NCBI GenBank assembly: GCA_950097015.1
Contig: CATNEN010000003.1
Span: 11,656,001-11,720,000, forward strand
Source: Macrostomum hystrix
Taxonomy: Eukaryota; Animalia; Platyhelminthes
Direction of reading: 5' to 3'
Length of the DNA: 64,000 bases
In this document: positions 13,253-24,002 of the stretch, one piece after another
How the letters are laid out: each line of letters starts with the position of its first letter
Position numbering within the stretch: position 1 is the first letter of the stretch
Notes under the pieces: model-generated
What the model was told of the DNA's origin: nothing
Databases searched by the model: none
Seen by the model: only the letters and a program-made list of their open reading frames with translations
Position numbers and translations under genes: made by a program

Positions 13253-13686
13253 CTCACAATGACCTCCCCACTCACTCACCAACCACCCAGATCCTCACAA
13301 TGGCCTCTCCACTCACTCACCAACCACCCAGATCATCACAATGGCCTCTCTACTAACTCACCAACCACCCAGATCATCACAATGGCATCTCTACTCACTC
13401 ACCAACCACCCAGATCCTCACAATGGCATCTCTACTCACTCACCAACCACCCAGATCCTCACAATGGCCTCTCTACTCACTCACCAACCACCCAGATCCT
13501 CACAATGGCATCTCTACTCACTCACCAACCACCCAGATCCTCACAATGTCCTCTCTACTCACTCACCAACCACCCAGATCATCATAATGGCCTCTCTACT
13601 CACTCACCAACCACCCAGATCCTCACAATGGCATCTCTACTCACTCACCAACCACCCAGATCCTCACAATGGCCTCTCAACTCACT
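13253..13686. repeat. 41-bp minisatellite (CACTCACCAACCACCCAGATCCTCACAATGGCCTCTCTACT), ~10 copies
   Basis: 41-bp period. Confidence 0.95.
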
Positions 13687-13789
13687 TGTAGAGAGTAGTA
13701 AAATGTGCAATTTGTTCAACTCGCTGATTAAAGTTATATTACAAAGAATCCTAAGCCATAATTGTTTTTCTTTCGCTGGCCTGGAGTTC

Positions 13790-13931
13790 AATAGTCACTG
13801 GCCTGAAGTTCGATAGTCACTGGCCTGAAGTTCGATAGTCACTGGCCTGAAGTTCGATAGTCACTGGCCTGAAGTTCGATAGTCACTGGCCTGAAGTTCG
13901 ATAGTCACTGGCCTGAAGTTCGATAGTCACT
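13790..13931. repeat. 22-bp minisatellite (CTGGCCTGAAGTTCGATAGTCA), ~6 copies
   Basis: 22-bp period. Confidence 0.95.
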
Positions 13932-14405
13932 AGTATCGTTGTTGAAATGAACAAAGTTTACGAGAGCCACATATCGTTGATACATTTGAGAAAGCCTCCT
14001 TGTTTCCTAGGATACATTCCTAGAGGATTATTGATTGATTGATTTGAGTTATCCGTTATCTTTCAGAGGTCAGGAGTAAAGCGCAACAGACAGGATCGAC
14101 AAGCAGATGCCAAGAGACTAACATGCTACAAAGACTCAAGAAGTAATCGACCCAAAAATTCACGGTCGACCAACAACAACAATAAGAAGAAGAACCGCAT
14201 GCCCCTCTGCAATAACACTGACCACAACTGGCCACCAACGAAGAAGAACATGCAACAGGAAGTGTCACGTGACTTTTGTAAATTCCTCGGCCATTGTCCC
14301 CCATTGTCTAGAAGTGGGAGTTTTGTGAGTCTGATCAACACAACAAACTCTTCACACTCACAAGCCTCACAAATCCTCAAAATGGCCTCCCTACCCACTC
14401 ACCAG

Positions 14406-14592
14406 CCTCCCAGATCCCTCGACTGCCTCAACAATGGCCTCCCAGATCCATCGACTGCCTCAACAATGGCCTCCCAGATCCATCGACTGCCTCAACAATG
14501 GCCTCCCAGATCCCTCGACTGCCTCAACAATGGCCTCCCAGATCCATCGACTGCCTCAACAATGGCCTCCCTGATCCATCGACTGCCTCAAC
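14406..14592. repeat. 32-bp minisatellite (CCTCCCAGATCCATCGACTGCCTCAACAATGG)
   Basis: 32-bp period, ~6 copies. Confidence 0.93.
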
Positions 14593-15228
14593 AATTACCT
14601 ACCAAGCAGCTCAAACTCAAACAGATCTTTTCAAACTGAACTCGCTCTCTTGTGACGCGTGTCGCAAGGCTCAGCAGAAATTATTCATATTAATTTTAAC
14701 AAGAACGAAAAGACTGCTCAGAGCGCATAAATCAGTTGCTAACCAGATAACAGCATGGAAACGCATTTAAGCAAAAATGTACTCATTGTAAAGCCTCTCT
14801 ACTGCAAAGATAAGAAGGCATTGCATGCGCTGCTAGTAGCAGCAGGCAACAGACTGGACAGAATGAGCACAATGGCCTTCACAGTTAATCTAATCAGCTC
14901 ACAGTCACAGTGAGTGTCACCATGGCCTGGGTGCCATTGAAGCTATCCAACAGTGAAATCGGGTCTTATCTGATTGATTCGATCAACTTTTCTGCCTGTT
15001 TTTGTCAGTTCAGCAACAGTTAAGAAGGCCTTGCTCCCATTCGAAATAAAACAGTGAGATTTCAGCTGACAGAATTCAGTATGGAAGTATTCAACGGCTT
15101 CAGGGACATTGCGTGCAATCAGATCTGGCACTGAGCATGCGTGAATAAGCTGCAAATTGAGTAAATTCGTAAAACATTTAATATCTAACTGTGCTCATAG
15201 TAAAAATAATTAACAAATTATTAATGCC

Positions 15229-16591
15229 TGGCCTGAAGTTTGATGGTCACTGGCCTGTGGTTCGGTAGTCACTGTCCTGAAGTTCGAGGGTCACTGGCCT
15301 GAGCAGGTATGACTCACTCACAAAGAACGAGCCGGACTTCTTTGCTTTCTGGCCTGAAGTTCGATAGTCACTGGCCTGAAGTTCGATGGTCACTGGCCTG
15401 AAGATCGATAGTCACTGGCCTGAAGTTCGAGTGTCACTCACTCAAAAGGCACGAGGTAGGAGGTGGGACTCACTCACAAGGCACGAGCCTGAAGTTCGAT
15501 GGTCACTGACCGGAGGAGGTAAGACTCACTCAAAAGGCACGAGCCTGAAGTTCGATAGTCACTGGCCTGAAGTTTGATGGTCACTGGGGGAGGAGGTGGG
15601 ACTGACTCACAAAGCATGAGCCTGAAGTTCGATAGTCACTGGCCTGAAGTTCGATAGTCTCTGGCCTGAAGTTCGATAGTCACTGGCCTGAAGTTCGATA
15701 GTCACTGGCCTGAGGAGGTAGGACTCGGTCACAAAGCACGAGCCTGAAGTTGGATGGTCACTGGCCTGAGGAGGTAGGACTCACTCACAAAGCACGAGCA
15801 TGACTTCGATGGTCACTGGCCTGAAGTTCGATAGTCAGTGGCCTGAAGTTCGATAGTCACTGGCCTGAAGTTTGATGGTCACTTGGGGAGGAGGTGGGAC
15901 TCACTCACAAAGCACGAGCCTGACTTCGATGGTCACTGGCCTGAAGTTCGATAGTCAGTGGCCTGAAGTTCGATAGTCAGTGGCCTGAAGTTCGATAGTC
16001 AGTGGCCTGAAGTTCGATAGTCAGTGGCCTGAAGTTCGATGGTCACTCACTCAAAAGGCACGAGCCTGAAGTTCGATAGTCGCTGGCCTGAAGTTCGATA
16101 GTCGCTGGCCTGAAGTTTGATGGTCACTGGCCGGAGGAGGTGGGACTCACTCACAAAGCACGAGCCTGACTTCGATGGTCACTGGCCTGAAGTTCGATAG
16201 TCAGTGGCCTGAAGTTCGATAGTCACTGGCCTGAAGTTTGATGGTCACTTGGGGAGGAGGTGGGACTCACTCACAAAGCACGAGCCTGAAGTCACTGGCC
16301 TAAACTTCGATGGTCACTGGCCTGAAGATCGATAGTCACTGGCCTGAAGTTCGATAGTCACTGGCCTGAAGTTCGATGGTCACTGGCCTGAGGAGGTAGG
16401 ACTCAGTCATTCGTCTGAAGTTCGATAGTCATTCGTCTGAAGTTCGATAGTCATTCGTCTGAAGTTCGATAGTCATTCGTCTGAAGTTCGATAGTCATTC
16501 GTCTGAAGTTCAATGATCACTGGCCTGAGGAGGTACGACTCACTCAAAAGGCACGAGCCTGAAGTTCGATGGTCACGGGCCTGAAGTTCGA
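15229..16591. repeat. Composite satellite of the 22-bp unit interspersed with GAGGAGGTAGGACTCACTCACAAAGCACGAG blocks
   Basis: Irregular higher-order array of two motifs. Confidence 0.92.
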
Positions 16592-16906
16592 TTTTAAGTT
16601 TGCGCAAATAACGGATTGCGGCATCGGAGCTGCGGGATTTGAGGCCTTTAAGAGATTTGAAGAGATAAGATATTTCATAACTCTTTTTCGTCGCTTTACA
16701 GTCGATGATAGAATTACTGTAAAAGTGTATCTTCTGGTTTGCTTTTGCTTGAATTGTCTATTTGGTATCCAAGTTAGGGTCACAAACACACACAGCACCT
16801 GCGGCACTTTGATCCACAACAATTTTTTTTCTTGGAATACAGGTTGAATCTGACCCTCCTCAATTTGTATCCTCAATTGCGTATTCACCTTTTCTGCAAA
16901 ATCAAT

Positions 16907-17167
16907 CTAGTCCAATGATCACTTGATAGTCCAATGATCACTTGATAGTCCAATGATCACTTGATAGTCCAATGATCACTTGATAGTCCAATGATCACTT
17001 GATAGTCCAATGATCACTTGATAGTCCAATGATCACTTGATAGTCCAATGATCACTTGATAGTCCAATGATCACTTGATAGTCCAATGATCACTTGATAG
17101 TCCAATGATCACTTGATAGTCCAATGATCACTTGATAGTCCAATGATCACTTGATAGTCCAATGATT
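16907..17167. repeat. 19-bp minisatellite (GATAGTCCAATGATCACTT)
   Basis: Perfect 19-bp period immediately 3' of the cGLR stop codon. Confidence 0.96.
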
Positions 17168-17179
17168 ATATTTGGTGCT

Positions 17180-18788
17180 TTACTCGTTCGATTTTCGCTT
17201 TCTCTGCAGCCTTTTTGCCTTTTTCTGCGGCTGCTCCTCGCCAGGTCTCTCAATATCTTGGTCTTGGCGATCTTCACCTTGGTCTTGGCGATCTTCACCT
17301 TGGTCTTGGCGATCTTCACCTTGGTCTTGCCGATCTTCACCTTGGTCTTGCCGATCTTCACCTTGACTTCTCAGCCTCTCAATCTTCTGCTGCATCCACC
17401 CCGGCAGCCGGCACAGCTCGTGAGTGATTCTTCTGCGTAGCCGCCGCAGCAGCTCCAGATCGCCGCAGATCGCCGCAGCAACCAGCAGCTCCTGCTCATC
17501 CGCATCTTCCCTCTGAGCCACATCTCGTATCCAGTCCTGATCGCTCCCGTCTCCTGCTGCTGTCAGCTCATTGCGAAGAGCCCGCAGCAGAGCGTCAAAG
17601 TTCATGTATAAGTATGTGCCGTAGTTCTCCATCCGCAGCGGAAAGCAGTCGGCAAAGACTTCGTGCTCAATCGGCAGCTTCGGTCGCTCGTCAAACACAA
17701 AGCAGAATTTCCAGGCGGAGTCTCGGCTCCTCAGGTGCTGCCACACAAAGTCCGCAGTGGCCTCACTCGCCGACCTCTCAGCTCCCCAATCGATGCCTCT
17801 GCTCGCACTGAACGGCCCGCAGTCGCTCACAACTCTCGCTGCACTGAGTCGGTCGCCGAACTTCAGGCAGGCCAGCGCTCTGAGAGACTGCCGCGCTGAT
17901 CGGGCGCAGTCTGGCAGTTTGTTGATCAGCTCTGCGAGACTCTCTCGGGACTGCTGGCTGCGGTCTCCATCGGACAGACGAAGCACCGACTCTCTCACGA
18001 TGTCGTAGATCTCGTGGAACTCGCATGTCTTGGCTTCTGACACGGGTCTGTCATAGAGTAGAGGCAGGATGAGGAACGGGTGGAAGTGGAATCGGCCCGA
18101 TTTGGTGACGGGTCGCAGACTGTCCTCGAACTGCAGCAGCAGCTGAGGCAGCTCAGCCATGGCGTCTCTCAATGCACCGGCTGCCCGATTCAACGCTTCG
18201 CTCACTCCCTCAGCTGATGTGGGCGACTTCAAGCCTTTCAGGTACACAGCGGCATTGCTCAGGAAGAAGTGCTCCAGGATCCGACCGTCAGGTGTGTCTG
18301 ATCTGCAGCCGCTCTCCACACCGTCAAGCAGCATCTGCAGCGAGCGTCTCGTGAGACTCACGAGATTCTCCGGCTTCCACTGCTCAGCCGGTGTCTCCTC
18401 CAGCATTCGGAACGTGACGGTCTTTGCGTGATAGGACTTGAAGCCGACGTTTGAGATCTTCTTCTTCAGCAGCCACTTGAGTGTGACGAACAGCTGGCCT
18501 TGCAGAGTGCTGAGACTCCGCAGCAGTCGCCTCTCCAGGAAGCTGCTGCTCACTCGGAGCTGCTGGCCCCCATTTCGGGAGGAGCTGCGTGCACCACGTG
18601 ACAGGGCGATGAGGCAGAGGTGAGGTCTCGCTGGAGCGACTGCAGCACGGACTGGGGGATGTTGGAGTCGGAGACTCTTGATGGCTGCAGCGGCTCGATG
18701 GGAGGGTAGCGGCAGAGGCGGCGGGCGATGACTTCGTCCACAGCCGGTCTCAGGGTGGAGCCATCTTGAGTCTTGGCTGGTTTGTCGG
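17180..18788 (-). CDS. Mab-21/cGAS-like C-terminal exon, copy 1; frameshifted by a G5 versus G6 homopolymer
   Basis: 1609 nt against 1610 nt in copy 2: ATGGGGGCC versus ATGGGGGGCC. Ends in (QGEDRQD)5 and a basic tail [11 protein letters not shown]. Confidence 0.88.
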
Positions 18789-21700
18789 CTGGAAAAATGG
18801 GAAATGCGAGAAATATGGAAAATGCCATCAGATTTCAAGTTGATAGACACAAAATATTTCTCGATAATCTAAAAAGGAAAAAATGCAAAGATGGTTTGTA
18901 GCTGCGATTTAAGAAAATAGTGCAGACTAGAAACTTTTGCCCCCTACGGAGGGGAGCACGTGCACGATAATTTTCAATTCTTCCTTGCTTCTTTAGATTC
19001 TTATGGGTATTTTTCCTGAGCACTGTATACAGCTCTTCAGTCCATGTATTGGGGAGGTCACCAGCTCACTCAAATTTCTACTGTAACCTTCAGCTGGCTG
19101 AACTGAATAAATACGAGGTTATGATTCTAGCTCTTGGACAAGCATCGTTTCCTCAGGCTGAGATTCGAACTCCCGGCGTCTCTGCCAGAAGCTTCCAAGC
19201 TGTACTAATAATATTTATAGCATAAGAGTGGATGCATTCAACTTAGAAAGTGAAAGTTTACTTAAGAGGGACCACGAAAAATGATATAATTAAGTTAGAA
19301 CTCCTTGAGTGTCAAGTTACAATGTGACTATTGCAAAGCTGCAATCATTTGGTCAGTGTCGCAGAAATGGGCCGAATGGGTTAATCTTCAGATGTAGCCA
19401 ATCGGCGGGGTTTTCCTGCCAACTTAAAATAGGAAAATTTTCCTATCTACTGGATAACTAGCTTCTATATTGCTTGTAAGAATGGGCTGTTCGGAGTATT
19501 GTTGAAAATCAATGGACATGTACTGGCATAATTAAAGAATCACAGAGAAAGAATTTTGTAAAAACGGCAAAAGAATATAATAGATTAGAAATCACAGAAA
19601 TTTGCAATGACGCTTCCAAAAGCTGTGTACAACGGTTCAGTCCATGGACTGGGGAGGTCACCTCAGAAACTGTAATTTTAACTCGTATACGTTTGCTTCT
19701 ACCCGTTTTACTGGCTGCTGAATTGGAAACTTTCAGCTTTTAGGAACTTTCGTTTTGCCGTTCAAAGAGGAATTTCCCAAATCAGGTTCACAACTTATTA
19801 CTTTAATTTTACACACGTGACTGTGAAAGTATTGCGAGCCTAAGAAACAAAGACAAACTTTGCTTCTCTTCACTGAGTACACTGAGCGATGAGCGCTAAG
19901 CCTCTGTTTGGTTCGCAGAAGAAGTGAAATCGGCTATAAAAACAAACTTTATATTTTTGCTTTGAACTTTCTTGCTCTGGCTCTGGATTTCAAACCTGGA
20001 CTGAGCATTTGTTTGTTTTCCTTGTTTGTTGTTTGCTTTAGAAAGCCAAAGAGGATCAGCAGGCCAAACACATGCTCAATTCTTGTCCCAGCCATCCCGA
20101 CAGTCTCTGGCAGGAAATTCTCACCGAATCCGGAGCTCAGGATGTGGCCATTGCTGAGCTCCACTGTCTGAGCAGCCTCCACTCGGTCGCACTCGCACAC
20201 ATCTCTCGGGTGAATCGGCCTTCCTGGAATCAGCTGAATAACATCGATGTCAGAGTCGATGTCAGTTCCGCCATCCAGAGAGACCAGGCTGTTGCCCCAG
20301 GCCTCAGAGAAGCTGCCCACAGCGAACCAGCCGTCATCGTTCATTCTCTTCCTGAGAACATCCTGCAAGACGTCAGCCACAGCGATCTGCAAGGCGGCTC
20401 TGAAGTCCACGAATCCCGACTGAGAGAGCTTGGAGTGCAGCTGCTGGCTCAGCTCTGCGTCGCTGGGTGCGGCTCTGAAGGGTGAGAGGAGGCGGCAGTG
20501 CTGAGTTTCAGTGAGGCTGGGAGGCTCTGAAGGGTGAGAGGAGGCGGCAGTGCTGAGTTTCTGCACTGCAAAAGTGAAAAAAAAAATAAAATTAAATAAT
20601 TAAGAAAATTTTGAAAATATTTTGTAGGCTGTGCTTTTGCGAATGATACACTACGGAGTCAAAAGGTGTCACTTTCAAAAAACCCAAATCCATAATCCAA
20701 TATTTAATTCCTGCAATATATAATCCCAAATCTGTTTTTAAAAATACCAAACTTATAATATTGCATTCCAAACCTGTTCTATTGCATCCCAAAACTTTAA
20801 TATTGCTTCCCTGACATGTAATCTAGAATTCGACGCATGAAAAAATTGCATCCCAAGCTGTAATATTGTATCCCAAGCTGTAATATTGCATCCCAATCTG
20901 TAATATTGCATCCCAATCTGTAATATTGTATCCCAATCTGTAATATTGCATCCCAATCTGTAATATTGTATCACAAGCTGTAATATTGCATCCCAATCTG
21001 TAATATTGCATCCCAATCTGTAATATTGTATCCCAATCTGTAATATTGCATCCCAATCTGTAATATTGTATCACAAGCTGTAATATTGCATCCCAATCTG
21101 TAATATTGCATCCCAATCTGTAATATTGCATCCCAATCTGTAATATTGCATCCCAAGCTGTAATATTGCATCCCAAGCTGTAATATTGCATCCCAATCTG
21201 TAATATTGCATCCCAATCTGTAATATTGCATCCCAATCTGTAATATTGCATCCCAATCTGTAATATTGCATCCCAATCTGTAATATTGTATCACAAGCTG
21301 TAATATTGCATCCCAATCTGTAATATTGCATCCCAAGCTGTAATATTGCATCTCAAACCTGTAATATTGCATCCCAAGCTGTAATATTGCATCCCAAGGA
21401 ATAACATTGAATCTCTAACCAAGGACCACTGGAATACGTCGTTCTAGTATAGTAGTCCTTGTCCCTAACCTGTAGTATTACATCCCAAACCTGTAATTTT
21501 TTCCTCCAAAATCAAATCCCACATTCATAAACTGAGACTTAGGATAAATTCTTAAACTGGAGCCCATTCCGCTGTATTGGCAACTAAGCATGTTGAACAA
21601 GTTGAAAGATTATTAGCTCGTATTCAATTAAATAAAAACTGAAATTCTTTAAAAAATGTTTTTCACGAGGTTTTTACAGATTTTTACAAGGGGATAGCAG

Positions 21701-23851
21701 AGCACCTTTTTCTTCACGGATTTTGTGACTGTGTCCAACTGGAGGTGGATCAACTCAAGGCTTATCAAGGCTCATCTATTAGCATTAGTTTCCGTATTTC
21801 TTCGATTTCTTTCAAGCTGAATTTGTCAACATTCGATTCGACATTTTTCATTTTTCAATTCTGTAGCAAAAATATGTTAAGCTCTTGAGAACGAAACCGC
21901 TCGGAAATTAGACTTTTGTCTTCTTTGTTTAATAATCAAATTAATTAAATACATTAATAAAATAAGTTTCTTATATTTCTCTTTAGCCTTACGATTTATT
22001 TATCAGTACATACAACATACCCTGCTAATGTTACGAGTAATAATGGTACGCTCGTATGAAGATCAACTTTTCAGGACACAAGCTTATATAGTTCATAGCA
22101 GCAACATATGTAATAATACCAAAAGAAGAGCTTTGGATCTGCTTTAAATAAGAACGGTTACCATTAAAATTTTAGGGTGAAAAACTGAAGTGTATCTCCG
22201 TAGTGTATACATTTATTTTTAATCTACAATAACTGACTGACGCACAATCAGTTTGCAACATCGGTTCTCAGATTTCGAATCTAATAGCTCAGAGCACGCT
22301 GGCTGCGAATTGATTTTCAAAATGTCTCTGAAAACGGATTGCTCAGGTCAGTTTTACAGGAAACAGGAGCTCCTACCTGTTCTGCTTCTCAGGCAAAGGC
22401 GCGGAGGATCCACGGCTCAGCAGGTCAACCACTCGGTCATGGCCGACTTTCGTGGCGATTCGCAGAGCAGCTTCCAGCAAGTCCGGGCGCTGAACGACTT
22501 TCATGAGTGACTCGACAACACGGAGGTGGCCGTTCTGTGATGCAATGTAGAGAGGTGAGGAACCATCGAATGCTTGAAGATTGACGTCGGCTCGTGCTTT
22601 GATGAGTGAGTCGACCACCTCCTTATGGCCATTTTGTGATGCAATGTACAGAGGTGAGCAGCCATCGACTCCTTGAAGATTGACGTCGGCTCGTGCATTG
22701 ATGAGTGATTCGACCACCTCCTTATGGCCATTTTGTGATGCAATGTAGAGAGGTGAGGAGCCAGTTTTTCTTTGAAGATTGACGTCGGCTCGTGCTTTGA
22801 TGAGTGATTCGACCACCTCCTTATGGCCATTTTTTGATGCAATGTAGAGAGGTGAGCAGCCATCAAATGCTTGAAGATTGACGTCGGCTCGTGCTTTGAT
22901 GAGTGATTCGACCACCTCCTTATGGCCATTTTGTGATGCAATGTAGAGAGGTGAGGAGCCAGTTTTTCTTTGAAGATTGACGTCGGCTCGTGCTTTGATG
23001 AGTGATTCGACCACCTCCTTATGGCCATTTTGTGATGCAATGTAGAGAGGTGAGGAGCCAGTTTTTCTTTGAAGATTGACGTCGGCTCGTGCTTTGATGA
23101 GTGATTCGACCACCTCCTTATGGCCATTTTGTGATGCAATGTAGAGAGGTGAGGAGCCATCGACTTCTTGAAGATTGACTTTGGCTCGTGCATTGATGAG
23201 TGAGTCGACCACCTCCTTATGGCCATTTTGTGATGCAATGTAGAGAGGTGAGGAGCCAGTTTTTCTTTGAAGATTGACTTTGGCTCGTGCATTGATGAGT
23301 GAGTCGACCACCTCCTTATGGCCATTTTGTGATGCAATGTAGAGAGGTGAGGAGCCATCGACTTCTTGAAGATTGACTTTGGCTCCTGCATTGATGAGTG
23401 AGTCGACCACCTCCTTATGGCCTTGCTGTGATGCAATGTAGAGAGGTGAGGAGCCAGTATTTGTTCGAAGATTGACGTCGGCTCGTGCTTTGATGAGTGA
23501 TTTCACCAGTCGGTGGTGACCATATGCAGATGCAATCCACAATGCTGTCGCCCCTCTCCAGTTCTGCTTATCTACATCCGCATTGGCTCGGATGAGTCTC
23601 ACCAGAATTTCATGTCTTCCTAATCGGCAAGCGAGCATTGCTGGAGTATAAAATGAGTCTTCATAGGCGATGAAGGCATCGAGGCTCCCGCCGCTGACAA
23701 TGAAACGCTCAACGACCTCCACTCGGTCACCTCTGATGGCTGCCAGCAGCTCTTCGTCGGTGAGTTCTGCGTCTTCTTGCTGCTCTGAGGAATGAACTGA
23801 GTTCATCAGGTACACCAGGACAGCCGTGAGTATTCTCAGCAAGGGAAACAT
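17180..23851 (-). CDS. Predicted ankyrin-repeat + Mab-21/cGAS-like nucleotidyltransferase (cGLR) fusion, ~1158 aa; exons 22377-23851, 20125-20516, 17180-18788 (1-nt frameshift near 18570 in this copy)
   Basis: The ANK ORF ends exactly at the donor AG|GTAGG (phase 2). The acceptor CCTCCCAG|C at 20517 is in frame. Exon 2 carries AVGSFSE...DIDSDIDV and the donor G|GTGAG. Exon 3 starts after TTTTCCAG and carries [26 protein letters not shown] and LEHFFL, typical of Mab-21 domains. Confidence 0.75.
20125..20516 (-). CDS. cGLR nucleotidyltransferase catalytic exon
   Basis: [33 protein letters not shown] is a Pol-beta-superfamily GS...DhD motif. Confidence 0.85.
20845..21398. repeat. 20-bp minisatellite (TAATATTGCATCCCAATCTG), in the ANK-cGLR intron
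   Basis: 20-bp period. Confidence 0.96.
22373..23851 (-). CDS. Ankyrin-repeat exon (~13 repeats, 10 nearly identical at DNA level) with hydrophobic N-terminus
   Basis: 33-aa repeats [30 protein letters not shown]; 99-bp DNA period; N-terminus [21 protein letters not shown]. Confidence 0.95.
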   Translation of the reverse strand: MFPLLRILTAVLVYLMNSVHSSEQQEDAELTDEELLAAIRGDRVEVVERFIVSGGSLDAFIAYEDSFYTPAMLACRLGRHEILVRLIRANADVDKQNWRGATALWIASAYGHHRLVKSLIKARADVNLRTNTGSSPLYIASQQGHKEVVDSLINAGAKVNLQEVDGSSPLYIASQNGHKEVVDSLINARAKVNLQRKTGSSPLYIASQNGHKEVVDSLINARAKVNLQEVDGSSPLYIASQNGHKEVVESLIKARADVNLQRKTGSSPLYIASQNGHKEVVESLIKARADVNLQRKTGSSPLYIASQNGHKEVVESLIKARADVNLQAFDGCSPLYIASKNGHKEVVESLIKARADVNLQRKTGSSPLYIASQNGHKEVVESLINARADVNLQGVDGCSPLYIASQNGHKEVVDSLIKARADVNLQAFDGSSPLYIASQNGHLRVVESLMKVVQRPDLLEAALRIATKVGHDRVVDLLSRGSSAPLPEKQNR

Positions 23852-24002
23852 TTTGCAGGTGTCTGCTTGTGGGTTGGGAAAGTGGCAAATAAGGTCGAGT
23901 AGGTCAGCTCAGCCTTTGGCTTGAGACTTTGCTTTTGCTGTCCGCAGCAGCCAACCAGAAGCGTTCTTTGCTGCTGAAGTCTCATTGGGTGCTGAGCTGC
24001 TC

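Larger units (their letters stand above)
1..19332 (+). repeat. Segmental duplication, copy 1 (direct repeat of ~38197..64000; both outer ends run off the window)
   Basis: Same order of satellites, SLC1A exons, Gypsy insertion with the same TSD, and cGLR exon. ORF pairs are identical or nearly so (3155/43351, 5420/45247, 11543/52613). The window end caagttacaatgtgactatt matches 19313-19332. Confidence 0.95.

Noticed and set aside
15229-16591. CRISPR-like appearance of repeats with intervening blocks
   Set aside because: The intervening blocks are themselves repeated rather than unique spacers; no cas genes; eukaryotic context.
14056-16890. Short ORFs at 14056-14398, 14943-15155 and 16544-16888
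   Set aside because: No recognisable domain; conservation in copy 2 is explained by the recent duplication, and one has a frameshift between copies.
20753-21372. [13 protein letters not shown] repeat ORFs
   Set aside because: Intronic 20-bp minisatellite.
22501-23436. 311-aa alternative-frame ORF in the ankyrin array
   Set aside because: By-product of the 99-bp repeat; no independent evidence.
3159-23851. Functional link between SLC1A transporters and cGLR (cyclic dinucleotide transport)
   Set aside because: Adjacency only; SLC1A is not a known cyclic-dinucleotide carrier and these copies look incomplete.
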